The notes beneath the pieces are model-generated. The model was given only the letters and a program-made list of their open reading frames with translations. It did no database searches and was not told the origin of the DNA. Position numbers and translations under genes: made by a program. Shown here one piece after another: positions 41,584 through 51,704 of a DNA stretch of 64,000 nucleotides (position 1 is its first letter; each line of letters begins with the position of its first letter). The DNA is from an uncultured bacterium (GTDB lineage Bacteria; Fidelibacterota; Marinisomatia; Marinisomatales; UBA1611), in NCBI GenBank assembly GCA_943788175.1, contig CALSPG010000001.1, positions 351,775-415,774 on the forward strand. Direction: 5' to 3'.

Positions 41584-42864
41584 TTATACGATTTCTAGTT
41601 TATTCATCTTTGTAGATACACTATCAAAAAGAGCGGTCTCAAAGTCAACATTGTCCTTATAGTAACTTCCAAAAACTGACTCCCAAACTGAACTTTCCTC
41701 CATGCAAAGATATAAGAATACGTCTTTGTGCCAAGGCTGAAATTGGTCATAGACTGTCGAAAATATCTCTTTTTTAATTTCTTTTGTATAAGAAGATTTT
41801 CCAACTGCATCAGCCATCGGAATTTGAAGCACTTTACTTTTCAAACCGGTTGATCTCAATTTATTGATAGCGGGCTTTATATAGGTAAGTGTTCCCATAG
41901 AAATCATAGCAACTTCAGAGGGCTTAAACATCGACATCACTTTTTTAACAATATTTTTATAATCATTTTCATAGCCTTCGTAATAGACAATTGGATGAAA
42001 ATGGAATCCAACTAAAACGCCTTTTCTTGATAAATCTTTTGCTGCCTGGAGCCTTTGATTTAGACTAGCAGTGCCATGCTCTTCATGGTCAATAAACAAT
42101 TGCGGATTTAAAGACCAACAAACAAAAACATTATCAGGAAGGTCTGTTTTTAATAGATGAGAAATATTATTTGATTTTGTTTTGAATTCAAAAATAATAT
42201 TTGAGTTTTCACTAGCAAACTTTAATTGCGCATCTAACACACCTTCTTTATTCCCAATCACTAAAGAGTCAGAAGACTGACCAGAACCGATATGATAATT
42301 TTTGTTAGGGTCAAGAGGAATATTAGCAAGTTTTTCAGCCAAATTTTTATCTACTGAAACTTTCCCGTCTGAATAAAATGTCTGAATACTGCAGTAACTG
42401 CATCCCAAGGTACACCCTTGTACAGCATCAATGGTCATTAAGTTACAGCAAACTGTTTTTTCTGAGGCAACAGGACACATACCAAACACTTCATTTTCTT
42501 GATCACTTAACTGAACTTTCCTTGGCTTTGGACGTTCGACTTCTTTTTTATTTACAGGCTCATATTTTATTTTTGCACCGCGCAAATTTTCCCAATGGTT
42601 TTTCACATGTGCAATGACTTCTTTTTTTGATAAATCTTTCTTTTGAATATTCTCAAATTCTTCAATGCAGTCTCTTACACCGCTCTCATTCCACATATAA
42701 AGATCCGTGGCAATGATTGACAGCTGCCTTAAATCTTGAAATGAAAAAGGATATTTATCACTTATTTCGACAATATCTTGCTTACTAAATTCATTAAGGT
42801 TAAGAAAGACCTTGTCTTTTTTTAACTGGCTAAGCTTAACATTATTTGTTTTTACTAAATTCAA
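41584..42864 (-). CDS. Spore photoproduct lyase (SplB)-like radical SAM protein
   Basis: GCTLGCSYC, SDSL, EFKTKS, WSLNP, EHGTASL..RL, GFHFHPI, YLCME. Confidence 0.85.
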   Translation of the reverse strand: MNLVKTNNVKLSQLKKDKVFLNLNEFSKQDIVEISDKYPFSFQDLRQLSIIATDLYMWNESGVRDCIEEFENIQKKDLSKKEVIAHVKNHWENLRGAKIKYEPVNKKEVERPKPRKVQLSDQENEVFGMCPVASEKTVCCNLMTIDAVQGCTLGCSYCSIQTFYSDGKVSVDKNLAEKLANIPLDPNKNYHIGSGQSSDSLVIGNKEGVLDAQLKFASENSNIIFEFKTKSNNISHLLKTDLPDNVFVCWSLNPQLFIDHEEHGTASLNQRLQAAKDLSRKGVLVGFHFHPIVYYEGYENDYKNIVKKVMSMFKPSEVAMISMGTLTYIKPAINKLRSTGLKSKVLQIPMADAVGKSSYTKEIKKEIFSTVYDQFQPWHKDVFLYLCMEESSVWESVFGSYYKDNVDFETALFDSVSTKMNKLEIV

Positions 42865-42881
42865 TTCTTTAATTACTTTAA

Positions 42882-43376
42882 TTATTTAGCCAACACTCTA
42901 GTTTCTAAAACAGGCAATTCATTTGATTCTTTTAACACATGTACGATCTTGGTGTCTTTAATAATTTCTCCATACCCATCAGTAAGTGTTATTTCGAATG
43001 CATACTCGCCTGGACCAGCATTAAATGCAACTCGCGGAGAACTAGGATTAGGTTCTAAATAAACAGTTTTACCTTCTGTCTGTTTCCACTCAAAAATTAA
43101 CTTATCCACCTTGTTCGGATCATATGAGCCACCTGCATCTAGAATGACAGTAGCCGTGTTCGTTTCAGGCCTACCATCATGCTTAATTCTTACTTTGAAA
43201 ATCTTATCTTCTAATTCTGCAACTTTTTTCTTTTCTATTTTTTGCTTTTTTATATCGGCTATTTTTTGGACTTTTTTCGCCTCTTTTTCCTCTTGGAATA
43301 CTTTTTCAAGCTCTATAAGTCCGAGCAAAGCAGCAACGCAAAGTATTAGAAATAATACCGCTGTTCTATCGTTCAT
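42882..43376 (-). CDS. Membrane-anchored PKD/REJ-like Ig domain protein
   Basis: ILDAGGSYDP..DKLIFEWKQ..G, GEYAFEITLTD. Confidence 0.75.
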   Translation of the reverse strand: MNDRTAVLFLILCVAALLGLIELEKVFQEEKEAKKVQKIADIKKQKIEKKKVAELEDKIFKVRIKHDGRPETNTATVILDAGGSYDPNKVDKLIFEWKQTEGKTVYLEPNPSSPRVAFNAGPGEYAFEITLTDGYGEIIKDTKIVHVLKESNELPVLETRVLAK

Positions 43377-43450
43377 GAACGAAACTCCATAATTAATGAA
43401 ATACTAAAAAATGCATTGAAATTTAAATCATTATTTTGTTAGACAATGTA

Positions 43451-43600
43451 TTAATACTTAAAAGAAATCAATCTACTGATTTCAAACATATGCTTAAGAA
43501 AAACAGCCATACCAATATCATATATTGGCTTAGCTCCGGGAACACTATAGTTCCATAGAATTACTCCAAAAAACCAAACTAAATATTTAACTTTATTCAT
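43451..43600 (-). CDS. 49-aa small membrane protein (below the ORF-track cutoff)
   Basis: GGTAGGA RBS-like motif, then MNKVKYLVWFFGVILWNYSVPGAKPIYDIGMAVFLKHMFEISRLISFKY; follows the nuclease gene on the same strand. Confidence 0.7.
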   Translation of the reverse strand: MNKVKYLVWFFGVILWNYSVPGAKPIYDIGMAVFLKHMFEISRLISFKY

Positions 43601-43616
43601 ATTTTTTAATTCCTAC

Positions 43617-44537
43617 CTAATCAAAGCAAACGGTTTGAAAGCTACAATAACTGCATGGATAGCTCTCTCGATCTTCTCCAATCATAGGGAACAGATCTAT
43701 TTCTGTTTTATTATTTTCAACATCGGTTAATAGCTCTTTCATTGAATCAATACTGGTTTCAATAAACACTTTGGCAGAATCTATCAGTCTATTAGTAGGC
43801 TTAACTTTTACAGGCAACTGCTGATTTAAATAAACATCAAAGAGACGAATAAGATTAAGATCGACATCCCACTTTTGTTGAGCATAGAGCGCATATATAG
43901 CCAGCTGAACCTCATTTTCTTTCGCAACCTTACCTGTCTTCCAATCGTAAATATAAACTCGTTCGCCATGCCTAATAGCAAAATCTAACTTAACCCATAG
44001 CTTTGCACCATGAACTTCAAAAGAATCAAGGTCTTCAATGGCGAGCCATTGAGAATCCGACATCGTTTGAATAAAGCGATAAGAATCTGAAGCAAAAAAG
44101 CCATCTATACTATTTAGCATAAGATCCCTAATATCTAGGAGAGCTTCATCAGTTGGCTTTTGATTATAAAAGTGTTCAAATAAATTTGTCTTCCATTTAG
44201 GGTTATCTTTCCAGTCTTTATTTTTTGATTGAGCCCAGGATTGCTTGAAAACCTTAATAACATTTTCTTTAGACTTAACTATATCTGCATTTCTGCCGTA
44301 TCGCACAGCCTTAAGAGTTCTTTCAACTTCATCATGAACGATTGTACCAGCAAGCATTGGAAGCGATGACATTTTGTTCAATAAATACAGTTTTTTACTA
44401 AGATCATCCGCATCTTTATTCCAACCTCCCCAACTTCCATAATAAGAATAGTAATATTTACGTTTGCATGTATTAAATGCATTATCTCTCGAAAAACTCC
44501 AAGAAAATCTATTTTTAAATTCTTTTTTTTCTGCCAC
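43617..44537 (-). CDS. PD-(D/E)XK nuclease, Cas4/AddB-like, with four-Cys Fe-S staple
   Basis: SFS....TCKRKYY, GTIVH, KLDFA, DWKTG, QLAIY, C-terminal CSYCSFQTVC. Confidence 0.88.
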   Translation of the reverse strand: MAEKKEFKNRFSWSFSRDNAFNTCKRKYYYSYYGSWGGWNKDADDLSKKLYLLNKMSSLPMLAGTIVHDEVERTLKAVRYGRNADIVKSKENVIKVFKQSWAQSKNKDWKDNPKWKTNLFEHFYNQKPTDEALLDIRDLMLNSIDGFFASDSYRFIQTMSDSQWLAIEDLDSFEVHGAKLWVKLDFAIRHGERVYIYDWKTGKVAKENEVQLAIYALYAQQKWDVDLNLIRLFDVYLNQQLPVKVKPTNRLIDSAKVFIETSIDSMKELLTDVENNKTEIDLFPMIGEDRESYPCSYCSFQTVCFD

Positions 44538-44539
44538 GA

Positions 44540-45247
44540 TTAATTGAGACTGTTAAGAATTGATACTATATCGTTTTTCATGTAAGGCATAGAGTAAGTT
44601 TCTACGTTATCATCCTTTAATTGAGCGACTAATTGTCTGGAAACCATTATACCATAGTATTTTTCAAGTATGTATCTATATAAAGATAATTGGAGGGCAT
44701 AATGATTATACTTACTATCATCGATATGAGAACTCTCTTTCCTGATTCCTTTTTTACCCTTAAATGATTTTTTATCAATTCTTTTTGAAGTTTTCCAATC
44801 AATTAAGACATATTCACCTGAGTTTTTATTCATCATCAAAACATCAATTGTACCTGCGATAGCGAGCTCTTTACTGTAGACAATGACTTCAGAGAATGTA
44901 TCGACATTTGGTTTCGAGATGTAAACGTCAATCCATTTTTTTGCGGCAATAGATTTAAGGTCCCTTGGCGCTGTACCTTCTTTTATCCAATTTTCAATTT
45001 CAAGATGGACTTCTGTTCCATGCTCTCGAGCAACCTGCCATTGCTGCATGATCGATTCTGGTGTTTCTCCGAAATATTTAGGAACATTATTTGCAAGATG
45101 GGTAGAAATTTTAACCTCATCAAAAGGTTCAAAAAAACTATTTATTACTGTTGTTACGCTTGTAAAAACAAACTCAGGTTCTTTTGAAAGCTTATACTCA
45201 TGCTTCTCGATTTCTAAACGAATGTCATTATTATTAATTTTATTCAT
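44540..45247 (-). CDS. PD-(D/E)XK exonuclease, viral-type
   Basis: TSVTT, GTEVH..IE, SE.IVY, AGTID, IDWKT, HYALQLSLY; no cysteine cluster. Confidence 0.85.
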   Translation of the reverse strand: MNKINNNDIRLEIEKHEYKLSKEPEFVFTSVTTVINSFFEPFDEVKISTHLANNVPKYFGETPESIMQQWQVAREHGTEVHLEIENWIKEGTAPRDLKSIAAKKWIDVYISKPNVDTFSEVIVYSKELAIAGTIDVLMMNKNSGEYVLIDWKTSKRIDKKSFKGKKGIRKESSHIDDSKYNHYALQLSLYRYILEKYYGIMVSRQLVAQLKDDNVETYSMPYMKNDIVSILNSLN

Positions 45248-45250
45248 ATT

Positions 45251-45868
45251 TTATGAACTTTTCCCAGTTTTGTACCAACCTCTATTACCGAATTTATCAT
45301 AGAGAAGGACAGAGCCATCACCATTAGAGTTTGTTCCGTATTTACCTGTTAGTTTCCCATCGCTATTAAAGGTTGTTAGAGACTGGATTAAATGAAGACT
45401 TTCTTTACCTCTACTATCAAATAAGCTAAGCTTACCAAAACCGCCATCAACCCCGCCAAGTACTGAGGTCAATTTGGCATCATTGTTAAATGTAGACAAT
45501 ATACCTTCACCAGATCTATTTTCGCCTAATGATGTCGTTTTTTTACCAATCTCATTAAAGGTATTTAAATATCCACCACGTTGAAGCAATATATTACCCT
45601 GACCTTTATTATCTGCACTAATGCTTACTACTTCGGAGTTCTCTTCATTAAAGATTTGAATAGCACCATTTTTAATGGATATGAGTTCATTTCCATTTTT
45701 ATCTAAAACTCTAAAAGCACCTCCGAATCCATTCTTATCAGTAACAGTAACAGAATTTGCAATAATATCTCCAAAATGTTGAGATCCGCCGTATTGTGAA
45801 GCCATAAAAATAGCAGCAGAACAAAAAAGAAGTCCCGAGGTAAAAAAGCCTTTAAAGTAGTTTACCAT
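45251..45868 (-). CDS. Signal-anchored beta-repeat hypothetical protein (paralog family)
   Basis: YFKGFFTS N-terminus; GDIIANSVTVTD; G.L.TFN..GK....LG repeats. Confidence 0.75.
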   Translation of the reverse strand: MVNYFKGFFTSGLLFCSAAIFMASQYGGSQHFGDIIANSVTVTDKNGFGGAFRVLDKNGNELISIKNGAIQIFNEENSEVVSISADNKGQGNILLQRGGYLNTFNEIGKKTTSLGENRSGEGILSTFNNDAKLTSVLGGVDGGFGKLSLFDSRGKESLHLIQSLTTFNSDGKLTGKYGTNSNGDGSVLLYDKFGNRGWYKTGKSS

Positions 45869-45916
45869 ACATTTCCTCGCAGTTTTTATTTTTAAATAAT
45901 TTCTTTTAAAAAAATA

Positions 45917-46192
45917 TTATATTTTTTTTACTTCATCATATGAGTAATCACTTGAACTATTATCATCATGGTTATCATATTTTTCAAGTTCAATTTTATA
46001 ACCATCCACTACATCGACTTCTTTAATGCCATCAATATGCATTTTTTTTATTTTATACTCTTTTATTTCTTTTGCTTTTGATTTTGCTTCTTTTACATCC
46101 TTCGCAACTACAAAATAATTTGTATGTGACTCGTAAAATCCTCCAGAAACATTAGCATCATAAAAACCGGCATGCACTAAAAACAATTTCAT
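45917..46192 (-). CDS. DUF1543-family protein
   Basis: MKLFLVHAG, ESH..FVVA....EAK, MHIDG..EV..VDGY. Confidence 0.75.
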   Translation of the reverse strand: MKLFLVHAGFYDANVSGGFYESHTNYFVVAKDVKEAKSKAKEIKEYKIKKMHIDGIKEVDVVDGYKIELEKYDNHDDNSSSDYSYDEVKKI

Positions 46193-46211
46193 TACAAACT
46201 CCTCTATTTTA

Positions 46212-46727
46212 TTAATTCGAAAACATTAATATTGATATTAGCCCTAAAACAATGATTAGAATTTGTACAGCAGTCTCATTTTTAAATAGTTTATCTGGGC
46301 TCAGTATTGATAAATCAAATTCTAAATTATCAAAAGACAATGAAGACGGTTTAGTGTATGCAGGTGGTTCTAGCTCATCTTTCAATATTTTATCCATATA
46401 TGATTCTTTAGGACACTCACCATATATATTTGTGCTAGGCTCGCTATCTAAGAACATAAAGTAGTAGTATATAAAACCTAGAAACGGAACATTTGCTGCA
46501 AGGATCCACATTCCATTTTTACCACTATCATGTAGTCGACGAATTCCTACGCCAACCATAGGACAGATTGTAAGTGTCAAGTAAGCTACTAAAACAATTT
46601 TAGCTATAAAATATAAAGCAATTGAAATCAACATATGGATGAGCATAAACATCCAAAACTCTTTACGCCGAGCCCTGCCCTGAAAATTGATATAATTATT
46701 TAATATTACCTCAATGTACCATCTCAT
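46212..46727 (-). CDS. DUF805 (YhaH-like) membrane protein
   Basis: YINFQGRARRKEFW, RRLHDSGKNG.W, N.YG..P. Confidence 0.9.
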   Translation of the reverse strand: MRWYIEVILNNYINFQGRARRKEFWMFMLIHMLISIALYFIAKIVLVAYLTLTICPMVGVGIRRLHDSGKNGMWILAANVPFLGFIYYYFMFLDSEPSTNIYGECPKESYMDKILKDELEPPAYTKPSSLSFDNLEFDLSILSPDKLFKNETAVQILIIVLGLISILMFSN

Positions 46728-46812
46728 TTTTTGTACCTATATATTAATGATTCAACAAATTTCAATGCTAAAAATAATCTTAAATTTTGATTATTTCTAA
46801 TAGATAGGTTCT

Positions 46813-47613
46813 CTATTTTTTTAAAATAGCGCAAATATATGTCATCGAGCCGCTTGAAAATGCATTATAAATTTCTGTTCCTTTGATACCAGCATATGTT
46901 TTAAATATTTTTCTAAGAAATAGTGGTACACTCTCATCAATATGCTTTTCGCGATAACTAGAAAGATTATCCAGGCCGCTTAAAATATTATCTGTGATAT
47001 CTACCCTATTAATAAATTGCAAATCTGAATTGCTGAATTGATCATAAAGTTCTTGAATACTACTTTTCGTTCGAAAATCGCAAAAAAGAAAAAAACCGCC
47101 AGGTTTTAAAACCCTATAAGACTCATTAAGAAACTTTTTCATATCACCGTAACAATGAGAGGATTCCACATTGATTAAAATATCATATGAATTATCGACA
47201 AAAGGGATATTTTCTGCATCCCCAACGATAAAATTAAGATTTGGGATATTGTAAATTTTCGAGCATAATTCAATGGCATCTTTTGAAATATCAATGCCAG
47301 TTATAGATTTAGGGTGTAAATATCTAGCAATAAAAGATGCGCCTCCACCTCTTCCAGAACCAATTTCTAAAATATTTTTATCTATTATTTCTGCCTGATT
47401 TGCTATAAAAGAGTATAACTGAATCGGGTAGCGTTCAATTTCATCTTCTTCGTTTAATTTAAGTTCCAGGCTAGGAGAATGATAACCATAATTCATTAGT
47501 TTCAGGTTAGTATTTTTAGCGTTCCTTGCAAATACATTATACCACTTTTCCCAAAACCATTTTTTAGATGATGGTGAAAGTTTTAATATGATTAGTATAA
47601 TAGACTTTAACAC
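46813..47613 (-). CDS. Class I SAM methyltransferase, fatty-acid/phthiotriol O-methyltransferase-like
   Basis: MNYGY, RY.IQLY, LEIGSGRGGG, GDAENIPF, NVESSHCY, RVLKPGG. Confidence 0.85.
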   Translation of the reverse strand: MLKSIILIILKLSPSSKKWFWEKWYNVFARNAKNTNLKLMNYGYHSPSLELKLNEEDEIERYPIQLYSFIANQAEIIDKNILEIGSGRGGGASFIARYLHPKSITGIDISKDAIELCSKIYNIPNLNFIVGDAENIPFVDNSYDILINVESSHCYGDMKKFLNESYRVLKPGGFFLFCDFRTKSSIQELYDQFSNSDLQFINRVDITDNILSGLDNLSSYREKHIDESVPLFLRKIFKTYAGIKGTEIYNAFSSGSMTYICAILKK

Positions 47614-47672
47614 GTGTCAATAAAGTATAGAGCGCTTAAGATAAAAAGCTATCTTTTTATCAATTATTCATT

Positions 47673-48383
47673 TCACCAATTAAATATTTTCCATTTATTT
47701 TTGTTGATAACTTGTTCTAATAGCGGATGGATGATATTACTCCAAAGATCATATCCTTCTGAACTCAGATGTAGACTATCGCTTATAAATAGGCTTGATA
47801 TAGGTCTGCCGCTATCATTAATCATTGGGCCCGCGGTATCTATATAATACTGGTTAGAAGACTTTTTAATATACTCACTCACAAGATTATTAGCTTTTTT
47901 CATATTACCCCAATACTTCCACCTAGCTGGACTAGGTTTTATTGGAATGAAGATAATGGAACAATCAGGGATACTATCATCAACAAGTCTAACAAATTTT
48001 TGATAGTCTCTTAAAAAGCGATTTGGTGTTTTTTTTGCGGCAATATCATTATCGCCAGCGTAAAGAAAAATAATTTTCGGTTTGTATTTTGAAACAATTA
48101 AATCAAAATAATGATTTATATCAGATAAATGAGCTCCGCCAAAGCCACGATTAATAATATTATAATCAAAATACTGCTTTGTGGGCCAAAGCCTAATGCT
48201 TGAACTGCCAATAAATAATATACCGTTTTGGGAGAAAGCGTTTTTTTTATCCCATTCAACAAATTGCTCAATAGATATTTCTCTTCCAATCTTTGAAGGG
48301 TAAAACCTCTCAGGATTTGGATTTAATTGAGCTGTTAAACTACTAAGAAAAATAAGTATAAAAAAAAGGGCTACTCTTCTCAT
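47673..48383 (-). CDS. GDSL/SGNH hydrolase
   Basis: FIGSSSIRLW, NRGFGG, YAGDND, DSLH. Confidence 0.9.
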   Translation of the reverse strand: MRRVALFFILIFLSSLTAQLNPNPERFYPSKIGREISIEQFVEWDKKNAFSQNGILFIGSSSIRLWPTKQYFDYNIINRGFGGAHLSDINHYFDLIVSKYKPKIIFLYAGDNDIAAKKTPNRFLRDYQKFVRLVDDSIPDCSIIFIPIKPSPARWKYWGNMKKANNLVSEYIKKSSNQYYIDTAGPMINDSGRPISSLFISDSLHLSSEGYDLWSNIIHPLLEQVINKNKWKIFNW

Positions 48384-48544
48384 TATTTCAACACTTTTAA
48401 ATCATGCTAAAAACATTAATAAGAACAATAGCCCTGCACATAGGTTAATTCACTAAAAATCTACTAAATAATTTTGGTGGATTTTTCTAGGCTGAATAGC
48501 CTAAAATGTGGAAGAAGTCCGAATTGAATGGACCTTCACTATAA

Positions 48545-48742
48545 TTAATCTATACGGGATATATCGGTAGCTTGTTTACCTCTATCTCCATCAGTTGCGT
48601 TGAATTCTACTCTATCTTCATCACGTACTTGTTGACCATCAACGAGCATTGATTCATGAAAAAAGTAGTCTGTACCATTGTCTCCGGTAACAAAACCATA
48701 TCTTTTTTCTCTATTATAGAATTTTACTTTACCTGTTTCCAT
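48545..48742 (-). CDS. Cold-shock domain protein
   Basis: GKVKFYN..KRYGFV, DYFFHES, G.QATDI. Confidence 0.92.
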   Translation of the reverse strand: METGKVKFYNREKRYGFVTGDNGTDYFFHESMLVDGQQVRDEDRVEFNATDGDRGKQATDISRID

Positions 48743-48806
48743 GTTTTTCCTCTTTAGTTAATCGCTTAATGTATTTCTTTTTTGACACTAATGTAATAAA
48801 TATTTT

Positions 48807-50507
48807 TTATTTTTTCTTTCCGGTCATTTCCCATTTAATGAGGTCAACAGGTATGTTTCCAGCATCATTATAAAACTTTAAAAAAGATTTTATACTAAAC
48901 TTTTCTCCCTCATTTTCTAATTTTTTAGACAATGATTTTATCAATCGCTCTATTAAATATTTCCCCGTGATATAGCATGTTCCATAACCAGGCTGTCTCA
49001 GATATAAGTGTTGCTCAAACTGTAAAAGGTGTGGCTCTCGCTCCATCCATCCTCGCGGTGTCCATTCTACATGAACATGACCAGCTTCTTCCATGTTCAT
49101 CATATTTGCATGAGCATAGAGTGACCCTAAACCCCTTGCAGCTCTTTGAGCTAGCATAATCCATACAATTTCTTTTGACCTGGGGCTGTCTTCATACAAT
49201 CCTAGTTGCATAAACATTTCTTCAACTCCCGTGGCAATACCCTCGCTTTTAGAATCAAAAATATTATATAACAAAGGACCTCTTCTGATTGGGCTTTTAT
49301 GAGGATTATCTCTTACCTCAGCGAGATCAAACCAATGGTAAAAGTGCGTATATAGAGGAACCGGATCATAATGCATACCAATGTAAAAGAAATTCCTTTC
49401 GTTTTTAGGAACAAATTCACCCATGTGTTCCCTTAAAGCAGGTTCCATATTTTCTTTTATTTCCATAATGTCATGATCAGATAAAAATTGCATCAGACGT
49501 TTCACGCCATTTTCTTTCATTTCATCAAATTCATCTTTTGTATTAGCTGATTTCATTTGTGGTAAATTTCTATTTAAATGCTCTTGCATCTTCAGAGAAC
49601 TCCATGCTCGATCAAGTTCTCGTTTTAATAAAGAAACCTCTTCGTCCCAGGTTAGAGGAATGAGGTGAACATTTTGTTGGTACCAGGTGTAATTTTCTTT
49701 ACCAATACCAGAAGGGCCATTTTTTATTGATTTCTTTGATATTAGCCATTCAATAAAATCATTATTTGCTTTTAATGCTCTGTCGATTGGTTTTTTTAAA
49801 ATTTTATTAAACTGTTTTCCATGTTCCTTTTTAATGTGTGTTTTGATTTTAAGTAAGCTCTTTTGCTGGTCCTTAAAATTTTCTATTCCTGCAATCCATA
49901 AATCTTTAGCATTCCCAGTAAGATTTCCTCTCGCCTGAAATAAAAGATTTGGAATTACTTCCATTTCTGAAGCCATATCTCTAGCTCTGTCCTCAGTAAG
50001 TGGAAATTCATATTGCCAAAATTCTAATAAAGCATGATTTGCAGGACCCTCGTGAGCGGGTACATCACTTTCATACATCCAAATAGTTTGATAAAAAGCA
50101 GGGTCACGAACCCACGGTTTCAACACTCGCCTATTGAAATCGTAACCATTCATTTCAGCATTGACCACGTTCCAATCTACTCTGTGATGAACCGACCAGT
50201 TTGTAGTATCCATTTTTTCAAGCTCCTTACGAAGTAAGTTGAACTCTTCTTCACGATGACTAAACATTTTCGTAGTATAATCTGGAGCACCACTGGTCAA
50301 TGGCGGCTTTTCAAATTCTCTCCATTTGTAAAACAAATCTACAAGCTGGTGGTAATTCTTAGGTTGGTTTTCCTGTTCTGCTTTCAATGGTTCACTAAAT
50401 GTGATAAATATTAATAATCCTAATATAAGTACTTTAACATTATTTTCCCTTATCACTCTACACATAATTAAAATATAAATATCATTTTGAAACCATCTGC
50501 ATCTCAT
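48807..50507 (-). CDS. DUF885-like secreted protein (true start probably slightly downstream of 50507)
   Basis: [40 protein letters not shown]. Confidence 0.65.
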   Translation of the reverse strand: MRCRWFQNDIYILIMCRVIRENNVKVLILGLLIFITFSEPLKAEQENQPKNYHQLVDLFYKWREFEKPPLTSGAPDYTTKMFSHREEEFNLLRKELEKMDTTNWSVHHRVDWNVVNAEMNGYDFNRRVLKPWVRDPAFYQTIWMYESDVPAHEGPANHALLEFWQYEFPLTEDRARDMASEMEVIPNLLFQARGNLTGNAKDLWIAGIENFKDQQKSLLKIKTHIKKEHGKQFNKILKKPIDRALKANNDFIEWLISKKSIKNGPSGIGKENYTWYQQNVHLIPLTWDEEVSLLKRELDRAWSSLKMQEHLNRNLPQMKSANTKDEFDEMKENGVKRLMQFLSDHDIMEIKENMEPALREHMGEFVPKNERNFFYIGMHYDPVPLYTHFYHWFDLAEVRDNPHKSPIRRGPLLYNIFDSKSEGIATGVEEMFMQLGLYEDSPRSKEIVWIMLAQRAARGLGSLYAHANMMNMEEAGHVHVEWTPRGWMEREPHLLQFEQHLYLRQPGYGTCYITGKYLIERLIKSLSKKLENEGEKFSIKSFLKFYNDAGNIPVDLIKWEMTGKKK

Positions 50508-50949
50508 ACCATTTTATTATAGTAGGAAAATCTTCATATACTTCTGAAGGCTTATTATAACTACTTGAGTCAGCCCTTAAGACAAACAATGCATACGCAT
50601 CATCTTCCGTGTTCTCGATGCTGTTATAATCAATATTTGATACTACTTCTGTAGTCCACATTGCTTTTAATTCTGGTTGGTATAGTTCGCTGGGATTAAA
50701 ATTATTTAATTTTTGGAGACTATCAAGGTTAGCGTATGCATTTTCAATTCCAGCAATCAACCCAAGAGACCTATTATTTATACATTTAAATTTTATGTAT
50801 GGGTAAAGCCAATCACCGCTTTTTCCACCATCATCATGGCCTTGACAAGAACCATACGTTTTAACGCCCTCAAGATTATTTATAAAATTTACTAGAGGTC
50901 TAATTTCTACATCCACATCAAACATTAATAAACTACCAATGAAAACCAC
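50482..50949 (-). CDS. Hypothetical protein with TYW3-like N-terminal motif
   Basis: [26 protein letters not shown]. Confidence 0.6.
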   Translation of the reverse strand: MVFIGSLLMFDVDVEIRPLVNFINNLEGVKTYGSCQGHDDGGKSGDWLYPYIKFKCINNRSLGLIAGIENAYANLDSLQKLNNFNPSELYQPELKAMWTTEVVSNIDYNSIENTEDDAYALFVLRADSSSYNKPSEVYEDFPTIIKWYEMQMVSK

Positions 50950-51508
50950 TTTCTTTTAGCCACTGCTGTCCTCCTGAATGAGCTAACCTAGCAGCTTTTC
51001 TGTAAGAATCTAATGCGATGTCAAAATTATTGTTTTTTTGGTATACGATTCCAAGATTATAGTGAGCGCTAGCATAATCAGGCTTGTACAAAATAGCATT
51101 ACGATATGCCTTAATTGCTAGAGGGTAATTTTTGATTTCTTTATAGGCATTTCCTAGATTATTAAAAGCATGTGCATCTGTTGGCCTCAACTCAATTGTT
51201 TTATTGTAGTATAGTATAGCCTTATTATAATTTTTTGTTAAAAGTGCATTATTGCCTTTGTGAAATGCATCAGAAGCCCTCAATAAAGAGGTCTCTTTTT
51301 TATGCTCTATTAATAGGCGGTCTCGCTCGATTATACTTTCGGATAATTTATTCTCTAATTTACTTATTCGACCAACAGCATTTTTTGCAATTAGTTTTGT
51401 CCTATGCAATTCTTTTGTAATGGCTTCTAACCTTAACTCGTATTTATCTGGTATAGTAGAAACACAACTACAAATAAACAGACATGATATGATTATATAA
51501 TGATTCAT
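50933..51508 (-). CDS. TPR lipoprotein with coiled coil
   Basis: Lipobox-like ICSC; three TPRs (AFNNLGNAY, AHYNLGIVY). Confidence 0.85.
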   Translation of the reverse strand: MNHYIIISCLFICSCVSTIPDKYELRLEAITKELHRTKLIAKNAVGRISKLENKLSESIIERDRLLIEHKKETSLLRASDAFHKGNNALLTKNYNKAILYYNKTIELRPTDAHAFNNLGNAYKEIKNYPLAIKAYRNAILYKPDYASAHYNLGIVYQKNNNFDIALDSYRKAARLAHSGGQQWLKESGFHW

Positions 51509-51615
51509 AAAAATTAAAAATACAGGAATTGGTTTGAATACGAAGGCAGGTGGAGAAAAAATATAATACTAAAATATATTTAAACAATATATTTAATTAA
51601 GAAGTCGGTCAGTAT

Positions 51616-51659
51616 GTTTACTTTTTACAAAAATTCAAAAATCGATGTAAAAAGTAAAC
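51616..51659. repeat. Perfect 14-bp inverted repeat
   Basis: GTTTACTTTTTACA (51616-51629) and TGTAAAAAGTAAAC (51646-51659), 16-nt spacer. Confidence 0.85.
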
Positions 51660-51704
51660 GATACAGAAATAAAGATGATTATACTGCTACCATCTTAATC
51701 CAAA

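Noticed and set aside
43617-44537. CRISPR-Cas locus suggested by the Cas4-like nuclease
   Set aside because: No repeat-spacer array and no cas1/cas2 or effector genes were seen.
48488-48540. Weak hairpins downstream of the cold-shock gene
   Set aside because: Short or imperfect stems without a clear U tract; cannot be supported as a terminator or ncRNA.
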